Origin: an uncultured delta proteobacterium
GTDB taxonomy: Bacteria; Desulfobacterota; Binatia; Binatales; Binataceae
Assembly: GCA_963842085.1 (NCBI GenBank)
Contig: CAWJET010000002.1
Location: forward strand, 1,440,001-1,504,000
Length of the DNA: 64,000 nt
Reading direction: 5' to 3'
Below the pieces are notes generated by a model. It was not told the origin of the DNA, did no database searches, and worked only from the letters and a program-made list of their open reading frames with translations. Both the position numbers and the translations under genes were made by a program. Positions 49,180 through 59,000 of the stretch are shown piece after piece. Each line of letters starts with the position of its first letter. Position 1 is the first letter of the stretch.

Positions 49180-49743
49180 TTAAGATAATTCAGCGCCGAG
49201 ATTTTTGAAAATCGGCCGCAGTTGCCCGTAACTGTCCTCCAAACTCTGTGACAGCACGCGCGTCGAGGCAAGTACCGGCATAAAATTGTTGTCGCCCACC
49301 CAGCGCGGCACGATATGCCAATGCATGTGCTCGGCGATTCCCGCACCCGCCGCGCTGCCGAGGTTGGCGCCGACGTTCAACGCCTGCGGATGCAGCATCT
49401 CGCGCATCATCTTGATCGACCCTGCGACCGCGTCGGCGAGCACCGCGCGCTCCGCTCGCGTCAGCAGCTCCGGCGACGCCACGTGGCTTCGCGGCGCCAC
49501 CAGTATGTGTCCATTGTTGTAGGGATATTTGTTGAGCATCACGAGCACGTCGCGATTCTCGAACAGGAGCAGGCGTTGCCGGCGCTCGGCTTCGGACAGC
49601 TTGCCGAAACAGAAGATGCACGCCATCGGATCGGAGTGGATGGTGCGCAGATACTGGTATCGCCACGGCGCCCACAGCCGGATGCCCTCGGCGGGAACTC
49701 CTTCCGCATCGCGCCGGTTAACGGGCCGCTTCTTCGGCGCCAT
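49180..49743 (-). CDS. HIT-family hydrolase (Ap4A phosphorylase-like)
   Basis: LWAPWR, CIFC, NKYPYNNGH, HMHWHIVPRW. Confidence 0.9.
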   Translation of the reverse strand: MAPKKRPVNRRDAEGVPAEGIRLWAPWRYQYLRTIHSDPMACIFCFGKLSEAERRQRLLLFENRDVLVMLNKYPYNNGHILVAPRSHVASPELLTRAERAVLADAVAGSIKMMREMLHPQALNVGANLGSAAGAGIAEHMHWHIVPRWVGDNNFMPVLASTRVLSQSLEDSYGQLRPIFKNLGAELS

Positions 49744-50014
49744 TTACCTCGATTCGGAGTTCCTTGCCCGCCCGGAAGAACGGAATCTTCTTGGCGTCGA
49801 CGCTGACCAACTGGCCGGTCTTGGGATTGCGCCCTTGCCGCGCGCGCCGTTGCTTCACCGCGAAGCTGCCGAAGCCGCGGATTTCGATTCGCTCGCCGCG
49901 GGTCAACGAGTTGGCCATCGCGTCGAACATCGCGTTCACGATCGTCTCCGACTCGCGATGGGTGAACTGATGCCGGCGCGCCAGCAGTTCTTCGATGATT
50001 TCCCGCTTGGTCAT
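49718..50014 (-). CDS. ihfB: Integration host factor beta subunit
   Basis: MTKREII, RIEIRGFGSF, GRNPKTG; follows rpsA. Confidence 0.9.
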   Translation of the reverse strand: MTKREIIEELLARRHQFTHRESETIVNAMFDAMANSLTRGERIEIRGFGSFAVKQRRARQGRNPKTGQLVSVDAKKIPFFRAGKELRIEVNGAEEAAR

Positions 50015-50063
50015 CGATCTCGCCGCCGTGCGCACCCCGCTTGCCGCCAGCGGCTCTCCTCTT

Positions 50064-51806
50064 CTAGCTGTTTTTGCCGCCGCGCGCCGCGCGCCGCTCG
50101 CCGTCGTCGCGATCGAGCTTGAGCTCTTCCTTAAGGATATCTTCCATCGAGAACCGCGCCGCCTCGTGCTCGCGCTTCAGGTAGGCCTGCATTTCCTCGC
50201 GCTCTTCGTGCTGCTTCACCGCCTTGATCGACAGTCCTATCCGGCGCTCCTTGGGATCGAGCTGCACGACCAACGCATCCAGCTCGTCGTCGACCTTGTA
50301 CAGCGACGACGGCTTGTCCACGCGCTCGTTGCTGAGCTGCGAAATGTGGATCAGCCCTTCGATTCCCTCTTCGATCTCGACGAACACGCCGAAGTCCGCA
50401 ACCGAGCTGACCTTGCCATGAATTCGCGTGTTCAGCGGGTAACGCTCGGCGACGGTGTTCCACGGGTCGGTCGTAAGCTGCTTGACGCCCAGGCTCACGC
50501 GCTCGTTCTCGACGTCGATTCCGAGCACGGTTGCTTCGAGCTCGTCGCCCTTCTTGACCACTTCGCTCGGATGCCGAATTTTCTTGGTCCACGACAAATC
50601 CGATATGTGCACCAGCCCGTCGATGCCCGGCTCGATCTCGACAAACACGCCGAAGTCCGTGATCGACTTGACCTTGCCCTTGACCTGGCTGCCAATCGGA
50701 TGCTTCTGACTGAGCTCTTCCCATGGATTCGCTTCGGTCTGCTTGAGCCCGAGCGAGATTCTGCGATTGGCCTCGTCGACGCCGAGCACCTGCACTTCCA
50801 CCATATCGCCCGGGTTCACGACCTTGGACGGATGCACCGCGCGCTTGCTCCAGCTCATTTCCGAGACGTGGATCAAGCCCTCGACGCCTTTTTCGATTTC
50901 CACGAACGCGCCGTAGTCGGTCACGCTGACGACCTTGCCCTTGATTCGCGTCCCCGGCGGATAGGTTTCCGCCACTTTGGTCCACGGGTCGGGCATGATC
51001 TGCTTCATGCCGAGCGACACGCGCTCGCGCTCAGGATCGTATTTCAGCACGACGACCTTGACCTTGTCGCCGACCTTCAGCACTTCCGATGGATGCTGCA
51101 ATCGGCCCCATGCCATGTCGGTGATATGCAGCAGTCCGTCGATTCCGCCGAGGTCGATGAACGCGCCGTAGTCGGTAATATTCTTCACAGTGCCTTCGAG
51201 GATCACGCCCTCTTCGAGCACTTTAAGCGTCTGCTCCTTCAACGACGCGCGCTCGCGCTCGAGCACGCTGCGCCGCGAGACGACGACGTTGCCGCGCGCG
51301 CGATTGAACTTCAGTATCTGGAAGCGCCCGCGCTGCCCAACGTATCTGTCCAGGTTGCGCGCCGGACGAATATCGACGTGCGATCCCGGCAGGAACGCCG
51401 GCACCCCGATATCGACCTTGAGCCCGCCTTTGACTTTGCCGAGTACCACGCCCTCGACCGGAGTCTCCGCCTGGAACGCCTTGTCGAGCTCGCGCCAGAC
51501 TTTGAACTTCTCGGCCTTCGCGTGCGAAAGCATCACCGTACCGTTCTCGGTCTCGGTGCCTTCGAAGTACACGTCGACCTCGTCGCCCTCCTTGACCGTC
51601 GGATGCCCTTCGTGGTCAAGAAATTCGGCGAGGGGGACCTGCCCTTCGCACTTGTAATTGATGTCGATGATGACGCTGTCGCGCGTGATCAGAAGCACTC
51701 TTCCGACCAGCACGTCGCCGGGACGGGGAGCCTTCAAACTCTCTTCCATCAACGACTCAAAGTCATTTTCTCCTCCGCTCATCTGTTCAGGCAACGCTTT
51801 CTCCAT
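50064..51806 (-). CDS. rpsA: 30S ribosomal protein S1
   Basis: Six S1 domains, e.g. VKNITDYGAFIDLGGIDGLLHITDM. Confidence 0.97.
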   Translation of the reverse strand: MEKALPEQMSGGENDFESLMEESLKAPRPGDVLVGRVLLITRDSVIIDINYKCEGQVPLAEFLDHEGHPTVKEGDEVDVYFEGTETENGTVMLSHAKAEKFKVWRELDKAFQAETPVEGVVLGKVKGGLKVDIGVPAFLPGSHVDIRPARNLDRYVGQRGRFQILKFNRARGNVVVSRRSVLERERASLKEQTLKVLEEGVILEGTVKNITDYGAFIDLGGIDGLLHITDMAWGRLQHPSEVLKVGDKVKVVVLKYDPERERVSLGMKQIMPDPWTKVAETYPPGTRIKGKVVSVTDYGAFVEIEKGVEGLIHVSEMSWSKRAVHPSKVVNPGDMVEVQVLGVDEANRRISLGLKQTEANPWEELSQKHPIGSQVKGKVKSITDFGVFVEIEPGIDGLVHISDLSWTKKIRHPSEVVKKGDELEATVLGIDVENERVSLGVKQLTTDPWNTVAERYPLNTRIHGKVSSVADFGVFVEIEEGIEGLIHISQLSNERVDKPSSLYKVDDELDALVVQLDPKERRIGLSIKAVKQHEEREEMQAYLKREHEAARFSMEDILKEELKLDRDDGERRAARGGKNS

Positions 51807-51863
51807 TAAGTGGGACCTTCCGGGATTCCAGGACTTCGGGGCTGTGCGATCCTTACAACCGGG

Positions 51864-52562
51864 CTACGCTCGTTTCAAGTCCTTGGCGGCGTTGATTCGA
51901 GTGTTAATCTTCGCTTTCATCGCCGCGACCACCGCGTCGATGGAAAGGTTCGTTGAATCGATCACTGTCGCATCGTCCGCGCGCTTGAGCGGCGCAAGCT
52001 CGCGCCCGCTGTCACGGCGGTCGCGCTCGATCAACTGGGCGAGCACTTCGTGCTCGGTGATTGGCGCGCCTTTTTTTTCGAGTTCTTCGAATCTGCGGCG
52101 CGCGCGCGTCTTCACGTCGGCGTCGAGAAAGAACTTGAACTCGGCGTCGGGAAAAATCGCGGTGCCGATATCGCGTCCTTCCATCACCACGCCGCCGTCC
52201 GCGCCCGCCGCGCGCTGCAGCTCGCGCATCCGCGCGCGGACCGCGCCAATCGCGGAGAACCGCGACGCGAGGTCGCCGATTTGCGGCTCGATTATTTTCG
52301 CACTCACATCGCGGCCGTTGAGAAATATATTCTCGCCATCGAACTTTATTTTTATCTTCGCCAGCACCGGTCCCAGCCGTGCTTCGACGTTCGCGTCGTC
52401 CGGACTCACGCCCGCCTCGCGCGCCGCGATCGCGACCGCACGATACATCGCGCCCGTGTTCAGGTAGGCGAAGCCGAGCGCGCGCGCGAGCATGCGCGCC
52501 ACCACGGATTTTCCCGCTCCGACCGGACCGTCGATCGCGATTATTGGCCGGCGGCGCTTCAT
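51864..52562 (-). CDS. cmk: Cytidylate kinase
   Basis: IAIDGPVGAGKS, TGAMYRA, MEGRDIGT, RDRRDS.R..APL. Confidence 0.95.
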   Translation of the reverse strand: MKRRRPIIAIDGPVGAGKSVVARMLARALGFAYLNTGAMYRAVAIAAREAGVSPDDANVEARLGPVLAKIKIKFDGENIFLNGRDVSAKIIEPQIGDLASRFSAIGAVRARMRELQRAAGADGGVVMEGRDIGTAIFPDAEFKFFLDADVKTRARRRFEELEKKGAPITEHEVLAQLIERDRRDSGRELAPLKRADDATVIDSTNLSIDAVVAAMKAKINTRINAAKDLKRA

Positions 52563-52672
52563 CCGAGCCTTTCCGGAATCCGGAGTCTTGCTTTGCAATA
52601 TGCCGTTCCGGGCGTTGCGCCAGCCCACTTACCTGTCATCCCTACCGAACGAGCAGCGCGAGCGCATTCGTC

Positions 52673-52904
52673 TGTCTTCCTGACGACGCGAGCAACGCGA
52701 GCCGAGGAAGGATCTCGGACAGCTTCGCGCCAGCGAAGCCGGTACCGGTTCTGAAATCGCGAAGCGCTCCTATGCTGAAGTCGTCGCGCAAGCCTCCGGA
52801 TTCTCATTGGCTGCAACAACGCAAAACCGGAACCGGCGGCGCTCACGCCCCGCTGTCCGAGATCCTTCCATCCACTCGCGTTGCTCGCTTCTGTCAGGAT
52901 GACA
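52673..52904. repeat. REP/REPIN-like long inverted repeat
   Basis: TGTCTTCCTGAC...GGAAGGATCTCGGACAGC (52673-52723) pairs with GCTGTCCGAGATCCTTCC...GTCAGGATGACA (52852-52904); partial extra copy TGTCATCC at 52634. Confidence 0.75.
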
Positions 52905-52914
52905 CCAAGGCGAT

Positions 52915-53778
52915 TCATCTGAGTTTTCCCCGCATCGCCCGACCGCGATTAAAAATCTTCTCGACGCCTTCGATGTCGCCGGTTTCGATCGCGCGCTGAA
53001 ATTCTGCGAACGTCCTGCCGTAAAGTTTCAGGGCCGCCCCCAGCGCCTCGCGATTGGTCACGAAAATATCGCGCCACATCTCCCATGACGATGCCGCCAG
53101 TCGCGTAGTATCGCGGAGCCCGCCCGCGCCGTAGTCCGCCGCGAGCTTGTCGCCGACCGTCTCGCCCTCGAGCGCTGCCGCCAGCACGCTCGACACCACC
53201 TGGGGCAGATGACTCGAGCGCGCGAGGAGCGCGTCGTGCGTCGCCGCGTTCATCATCTCGACGCACGCACCGGTCTCGTCCCATAGCTGCTCGACCTTTT
53301 CGATCGCCGCGGGCGTGCTCTTCGCCGACGGCGTGATAATCACGCGCCGGTCCCGGAACAGGCCGGGGTCCGCCGCCGACGCGCCGGTAGTTTCCTTGCC
53401 GGCCACCGGATGCGCCGCGACGAGCGATCGCTTGCCTGTGATCAGCGGCTCCAGCTCGCGCACCACGTATCCCTTCACGCTGCCGACGTCGGTCACGACC
53501 GCGTCCGGCGCCGTGTGCTCGATCATTTTTTCCAGCGTCGAGCGCATCGTCTGTATCGGCACCGCCAACACGATCAGGTCCGCGCCGCGCGCTGCCTCGA
53601 CCGGGTCCCGCGTGGCGATATCGATCATGCCGCGCTCGACCGCCACGTCCAGGTTCGCCTGCGACCGTCCCAAGCCGACGACCTTGCCGACGACACCCGC
53701 GTGCCGCGCGATAAGCGCAAACGAGCCACCGATCAGCCCCACCCCGCACACGGTCATTTGCCGAAATAGCTGCGCCAT
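52915..53778 (-). CDS. tyrA: Prephenate/arogenate dehydrogenase
   Basis: GVGLIGGS, TDVGSVK, HPVAGKE, SHLP, GLRDTTRLA, MWRDI. Confidence 0.93.
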   Translation of the reverse strand: MAQLFRQMTVCGVGLIGGSFALIARHAGVVGKVVGLGRSQANLDVAVERGMIDIATRDPVEAARGADLIVLAVPIQTMRSTLEKMIEHTAPDAVVTDVGSVKGYVVRELEPLITGKRSLVAAHPVAGKETTGASAADPGLFRDRRVIITPSAKSTPAAIEKVEQLWDETGACVEMMNAATHDALLARSSHLPQVVSSVLAAALEGETVGDKLAADYGAGGLRDTTRLAASSWEMWRDIFVTNREALGAALKLYGRTFAEFQRAIETGDIEGVEKIFNRGRAMRGKLR

Positions 53779-54242
53779 CAGATTCGGATTCCGCCGCCCG
53801 GCGGCACCGTCTTCGCCATCCTGGCCTGCGACGCTCGCAGCAGCAGATTGGCAACCGCGATCATCATAACCGCGAGCAGCGGGAAGAGTACGTAATTCAT
53901 GTTGACGTTGGATCCGCCAGCGTCGGCGACGATCACGCCGAAGACCCCCGCCATCACCAACACATAGGCAAGCCTGAACCACGACAGCGCACTCATCGCT
54001 TTCCCGTCGAAGTTCTCAGGCCGCATAACAGCAATGAATCCGAGAAGCGCGTATCCCGCCAGCGCGATCGGCGGCATCAGCAAGAGCCCGACAAATTTCG
54101 ACCCGTAGCCGTCGATTTGCCCGGCAATGTTCCAGTGGATCGGAATTTGCGCCGGCGCAGATGGCCACGACCATGCCGCGAGCGCGAACATCGCCGCGAT
54201 TAGCACTCGCGCCAGCCATTGTGCATTTCGATTGCCCCTCAC
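53778..54242 (-). CDS. DUF1648 (SdpI-like) membrane protein
   Basis: PAQIPIHWNIAGQIDGYGSK; TM helices; overlaps both neighbours. Confidence 0.8.
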   Translation of the reverse strand: MRGNRNAQWLARVLIAAMFALAAWSWPSAPAQIPIHWNIAGQIDGYGSKFVGLLLMPPIALAGYALLGFIAVMRPENFDGKAMSALSWFRLAYVLVMAGVFGVIVADAGGSNVNMNYVLFPLLAVMMIAVANLLLRASQARMAKTVPPGGGIRI

Positions 54243-55345
54243 GACTTGGCGCCCATCACTTCACCGAGCGCCGCGACCAGCCGCCGATTCTCCTCGGGCA
54301 GTCCCACGCTGATTCGCACGTGCCGCGGATATCCGTAACCGTTCATCGCCCGCACGATCACGCCCTTGCGCAGCAGCTTGTCGTACACCGCGCGCCCGTC
54401 GCCCACCTCGACCAGGAAAAAATTCGCGTGACTCGGCACGAACGGCAGCTTGAGGCGCGCGAACTCGCCCTCGAGGTAGTCCATCCCCTCGGCGTTGACT
54501 TGCAGCGTCCGCGCTATATGCGCGCGGTCGTCCATCCCCGCGATCGCCGCGACCTGCGCGAGCGACGTGACGTTGAACGGCTGCCGCACGTTATGCAGCA
54601 TCTGAATCATGTCCGGGCGCGCCACCGCGTAGCCGACCCGAATGCCCGCCAGCCCGAAAATTTTCGAAAACGTCCTGAGCGTGATTATCAGCCGGCGGCC
54701 GTCGTGGTCTTCCATCGAGTCCGGGTATTGCGGATCGCGCACGAATTCGAAGTACGCCTCGTCGGCGACGATCACGACGTTCTCCGGCACGCGCCCCAGG
54801 AACCGCTTCCATTCGGCGCGCCGGTAAATCGTACCGGTCGGATTGTTCGGATTGCCGAGAAAGACAATCCGCGTGTTCGCGTCGATCGCCGCCACCATCG
54901 CGTCGAGGTCGTGCGCGAATCCATCGATGGTCTTGACCACGCGATGCTCCCCGCCAGCGGCCGCGGTCGCCAGCGGATAGATCGCGAACGAATGCTCCGA
55001 GTAAACCGAGTTCAGCCCCGGGCGCAAGTATAGGAACGCGAGAAGGTTCAGCACCTCGACCGAGCCCGAGGCCGCAAATACGCGCTCGACTCCAATCTTG
55101 TGGTGCGCCGCGATCTTTTTCCGCAGCTCGTAGCTCGCGCCGTCGGGATATCGATTCAGCTCCGGCAGCGCCGCCTTGATTGCCTCGATCGCGCGCGGCG
55201 ACGGCCCGAGCGGATTCTCGTTCGACGCCAGCTTGACCGGTTCGACGATTCCGAGTTCGCGTTGCAACTCCTCGATCGGCTTGCCCGGCTCGTAAGGAGC
55301 AAGCGCTGCGACCGATGGGAGTACGAGATCTTGAGCTTTGATCAA
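54239..55345 (-). CDS. hisC: Histidinol-phosphate aminotransferase
   Basis: YEPGKP, KLASNENPLG, NPNNPTG, DEAYFEF, RTFSKIFGLAGIRVGY. Confidence 0.95.
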   Translation of the reverse strand: MIKAQDLVLPSVAALAPYEPGKPIEELQRELGIVEPVKLASNENPLGPSPRAIEAIKAALPELNRYPDGASYELRKKIAAHHKIGVERVFAASGSVEVLNLLAFLYLRPGLNSVYSEHSFAIYPLATAAAGGEHRVVKTIDGFAHDLDAMVAAIDANTRIVFLGNPNNPTGTIYRRAEWKRFLGRVPENVVIVADEAYFEFVRDPQYPDSMEDHDGRRLIITLRTFSKIFGLAGIRVGYAVARPDMIQMLHNVRQPFNVTSLAQVAAIAGMDDRAHIARTLQVNAEGMDYLEGEFARLKLPFVPSHANFFLVEVGDGRAVYDKLLRKGVIVRAMNGYGYPRHVRISVGLPEENRRLVAALGEVMGAKS

Positions 55346-55387
55346 AACCGGTGAGCGGCCACTGGAGTACTTTTCAGACTGCCCGGC

Positions 55388-56533
55388 TCAGGCAGCGGCC
55401 GACCTTCCTTCAGGATACGATCCTAAGACCTTCAAGAATAGGGCCTTGCTCGAAAGCGACTTGAGCGCGCGCGCCAGCTTGGGGTCGTCGCGATGCCCCA
55501 TGACGTCGACAAAGAACAGGTATTCCCACGGCCGCGCGCGCAGCGGACGCGATTCGATCTTCGATATATTGATCGCATTGCGCGCAAACAGGTTAAGCGC
55601 CTGGTTGAGCGTGCCCACCCGGTCCGCGACCGCGAACAGCAGCGTGGTCTTGTCCTTCAGCGCCGGTGCCGAGCCCGACCGCTCGACCGGCCGCGTGCCC
55701 ATCACCAGGAATCGCGTCGTATTGTTGGCGACGTCCTGCACGTTCGACGCGATCGTCTTGAGCCCGTAGGCCTCGCCTGCCGCCGCCGACGCGATCGCCG
55801 CGAGCGACCCGTCCGCGGCCGCGCGCTGCGCTGCAAGCGCGTTGGACGCTACCGTCTCGGTCTCGCAACCGGCGAACTTCGCGCTCAAGTATCCGCGACA
55901 CTGCGCCAGGCTTTGCTGATGGGACACGATTCGCCTGACGTCGCCGGCCTTGCCGCTGAGCGACATTAGCGAGTGCCGAATCGGCAGCAGCACTTCGCCG
56001 ATTATCACCAGCGAGGTATCGATCAGGAGGTCGAGCGTCAGGGTCACCGATCCTTCGGTCGAGTTCTCGACCGGCACCACGCCGAAATCGGCACGACCGT
56101 TCTCGATCGCCTGGAACACTGCCGCGAACGACTCCAGCGGCATCAGCTCAACGCTCGAGCCGAACCGGATCCGTGTCGCCTCGTGCGAGTAGGTGTGCTC
56201 GGGGCCGAGGAACGCGACGCGCGGCTCGTGCTCGAGCGCGCGGCAGGCCGAAATTATCTCGACATAAATCCGCTTGAGCTGCTCGCCGGTCAGTGGCCCC
56301 TGGTTCTCGGCGAGCATCTTTTCGATAATTGCGCGCTCGCGCACCGGCTGATAAACCTCGCCGCCCTCATAGTGCTTGAGGCGGCCGATCTCTTTTGCCA
56401 CGCTGGCCCGCGCCGACACCAGCCGCAGGATCTTGAGATTTATCTCGTCCATCCGCGCGCGCAGAGCCTCAATCGACGGCGGCTCAGCGGCGGCGCCGGC
56501 CGGAGCTGATTTTCTGGCAATCCGCGCTGACAT
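55388..56533 (-). CDS. pheA: Chorismate mutase/prephenate dehydratase
   Basis: CM domain, FLGPEHTYS, PVENSTEG, NTTRF, IESRP. Confidence 0.95.
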   Translation of the reverse strand: MSARIARKSAPAGAAAEPPSIEALRARMDEINLKILRLVSARASVAKEIGRLKHYEGGEVYQPVRERAIIEKMLAENQGPLTGEQLKRIYVEIISACRALEHEPRVAFLGPEHTYSHEATRIRFGSSVELMPLESFAAVFQAIENGRADFGVVPVENSTEGSVTLTLDLLIDTSLVIIGEVLLPIRHSLMSLSGKAGDVRRIVSHQQSLAQCRGYLSAKFAGCETETVASNALAAQRAAADGSLAAIASAAAGEAYGLKTIASNVQDVANNTTRFLVMGTRPVERSGSAPALKDKTTLLFAVADRVGTLNQALNLFARNAINISKIESRPLRARPWEYLFFVDVMGHRDDPKLARALKSLSSKALFLKVLGSYPEGRSAAA

Positions 56534-56699
56534 CGAACCAGAATGGCTACCCGATCAACCGTTTCTTTTCAACGATGGTCCCGGCACGGGCATGGGCAGG
56601 CTCGGATGAAGGCAAATCACACCTGGAAGGCGGGTATTTTCCGGTAGGCTTATCGACGCAAGTTTGAATATAATCCGGGTTATCCGGAGGAGCCGAACT

Positions 56700-56837
56700 A
56701 TGGGCGCATTTATCCTCGGTCTGATTATCGGTGCCGGCGGTGCTCTCGCGCTCTTCATCTACGACGAGGGAGAGTTGTTCTTGAGGCTCTCTCGCCAGAT
56801 AAAGCAAACGGCCGAACGCTACCGGCAATCGCCATAG
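56700..56837 (+). CDS. Small single-pass membrane protein (45 aa, YtxH-like N-terminus)
   Basis: Not in the ORF track; RBS GGAGGAG; MGAFILGLIIGAGGALALFIYDEGELFLRLSRQIKQTAERYRQSP*. Confidence 0.65.
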   Translation: MGAFILGLIIGAGGALALFIYDEGELFLRLSRQIKQTAERYRQSP

Positions 56838-56855
56838 CCTGAAGGGTCGAGTGGC

Positions 56856-58340
56856 GTGGTCGATTTCGTCATGCATAGAAGCGGCGCGCGGGTAGCGCGG
56901 AGCGGGTCCGTCCCACGGCTGACTGCCGCGATTGCGGTGCTCGCGATCGTTGCCGTGGTGGTCGGCCAGCGGCAATGCTTCGCACAGGACGCGCAGGCGG
57001 AAGCGCTCGACTTGAGCGACCATGCGTTCGCGATGCTCAACGCAATCAACGCGGCGTCCACCACGGCCGGACCGATCCTGGCTCCGGCCGCCAGCCTGGC
57101 CGGCGATGCGCAAACGTTGTCGACGGCTCTGGGGGCGCATGACAATGCCGGCGCCAGCAGCGCGATGGCGGCGGTGCTGAGCGATCGCGACAAGATAGAA
57201 GCCGCGGCGAAGATTGCGGGCGGGCATTATCCGGAGGAGTGGAGCACTATCCGGCGAACGATCGCGGAGCTGGAAAAGCAGGTTCCGACTGCGAAAGGAC
57301 CTATAGCGCGCAGTGACGTGCCGGAGTCGCACGCATCGGTCGCGCCGCCACCCGGAGAAACGATCCCGGCCGCGCCCAAGATCGAGATCGCCTCGCGGGT
57401 CTTCAAGGGCGGAACGGTGCGGGTGAAGGGCTACCTGGAAGGCACCGACCTCAAGTCGGCTGGAATTTTCGACGGCGACACGAAGAGCAAAGATATCGAC
57501 GTCGCGAGCACGCCGGGTGAGCAGCGGATCAACTTCGATTTTTCGATCGACCAGCCTTCGCCGACACAGTCGATTCGCGTGACCGACTCGTACGGGCGCG
57601 AAGCGCAGGCGATGGTCGCGCCGGACCCGGCGGGAGTCGGCGCAATGAAGGGGAGCGAGGAACTGATCGAGGTCGATCCGGGCGCGACCGCGTCACCGGG
57701 CGAGGCGGGTCCGTTGGCCGAGAGCCCATTGGCGTCGGCGGGTCCCGCGGTTCGTCACAACACGGCCGAGATTCCGCGGCCGGACGATGAACTGTCGCCG
57801 TCGCGCCGTCATATCGACGCAAACTCGTCGGTGGGGCCGCTGACGAATGTGCAGATCAACGTGATCGACGCCGAGGAATTGATGTCGGCGCCGGGAATGG
57901 TCGAAGTAGTCGGGCAGATCGCGGGGCCAGGTGTGCGTCATGCGGGCGTTTACGTCAATGGCCGGCTAGTCAAGCCGATCGGGATAAGCCCAAGCGGCTA
58001 CAGCGCCTTCGACCTGACTTTTCCGATGCCGGCGGGCAGCGACGCGAGGATTCGCGCGTACGGCAACGGCAACGACTTCGTGGAAGCGTCGATTGACACG
58101 GTGGGTGGAGGCAGCGGGATAACGGAGTATCGCAACCCGCCGATGTACGCAGCTCCGTACGGAGCCTACCCCGCGTATCCGGGGGCGCCGTATTACGGAG
58201 CCAATCCATACGCCTACGCGAATCCGTATGCGCCGGGCTACAATCCGTACGCGCCCAATCCGTATCCATATGGATACCCGCCGCCGTACGGCACGACGGC
58301 TCCGGTTAACCGTCCGTGGTACAGCAGACTGTTCCATTAG
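56856..58340 (+). CDS. Secreted hypothetical protein with Tyr/Pro/Gly-rich C-terminal tail
   Basis: Signal peptide, helical region, two beta-rich modules, YGAYPAYPGAPYYGANPY repeats. Confidence 0.7.
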   Translation: MVDFVMHRSGARVARSGSVPRLTAAIAVLAIVAVVVGQRQCFAQDAQAEALDLSDHAFAMLNAINAASTTAGPILAPAASLAGDAQTLSTALGAHDNAGASSAMAAVLSDRDKIEAAAKIAGGHYPEEWSTIRRTIAELEKQVPTAKGPIARSDVPESHASVAPPPGETIPAAPKIEIASRVFKGGTVRVKGYLEGTDLKSAGIFDGDTKSKDIDVASTPGEQRINFDFSIDQPSPTQSIRVTDSYGREAQAMVAPDPAGVGAMKGSEELIEVDPGATASPGEAGPLAESPLASAGPAVRHNTAEIPRPDDELSPSRRHIDANSSVGPLTNVQINVIDAEELMSAPGMVEVVGQIAGPGVRHAGVYVNGRLVKPIGISPSGYSAFDLTFPMPAGSDARIRAYGNGNDFVEASIDTVGGGSGITEYRNPPMYAAPYGAYPAYPGAPYYGANPYAYANPYAPGYNPYAPNPYPYGYPPPYGTTAPVNRPWYSRLFH

Positions 58341-58425
58341 TGCGCGACCGCGAACTTGCCGCGCGCTACGGGCTTGCGTAGAATTCCCTTCTTAACCTTC
58401 GTTCTTTATCGAGAGTGTCCACACG

Positions 58426-58989
58426 ATGCTGATTCAAGCGACGCAACTGCGCCCGGGTATGATTGTCGAATACAACAACGACCTGTGGCGGATCATGACG
58501 ATCACGCATATCACGCCGGGCAACTGGCGCGGGATGGTGCAAACCAAGCTGCGCAACGTGAAGACGGGGTCGCAAACCGAGAACCGCTTCCGCTCGGAAG
58601 ATCGCGTCGAGCGGATAATCCTGAACCAGAGCAAGATGCAGTTCCTGTACCAGGACGGCGACGATTTCCATTTCATGAACACCGAGAACTACGAGCAGAT
58701 CACGATTCCCAAGGAGCTGATCGAGGACGTGGTCGGATTCCTGACGCCGAACCTGGAAGTCGAAGTCGAGTTCTATGAAACGACGCCGCTCAACGTGACG
58801 CTGCCGAAGACGGTCGCGCTCAAGGTGATGCAGACCGACCCGGGAATGAAGACGGCGGCCGTGAACAATACGCTCAAGCCGGCGACGCTCGAGACCGGGA
58901 TGGTCATCAACGTGCCGCATTTCGTGGCCGAGGGCGACACGATCACGATCAACACCGAAACGCACGAGTACCTGTCACGCTCGAAGTAG
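58426..58989 (+). CDS. efp: Elongation factor P (PGN loop variant)
   Basis: HITPGNWRGMVQTKLRNV, FLYQDG, FMNTENYEQ, KPATLETG. Confidence 0.95.
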   Translation: MLIQATQLRPGMIVEYNNDLWRIMTITHITPGNWRGMVQTKLRNVKTGSQTENRFRSEDRVERIILNQSKMQFLYQDGDDFHFMNTENYEQITIPKELIEDVVGFLTPNLEVEVEFYETTPLNVTLPKTVALKVMQTDPGMKTAAVNNTLKPATLETGMVINVPHFVAEGDTITINTETHEYLSRSK

Positions 58990-59000
58990 CGGGTTGAGAA

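Noticed and set aside
47746-51809. Long plus-strand ORFs (47746-49188, 49995-51809) and similar antisense ORFs elsewhere
   Set aside because: Shadows of real genes caused by high-GC codon bias.
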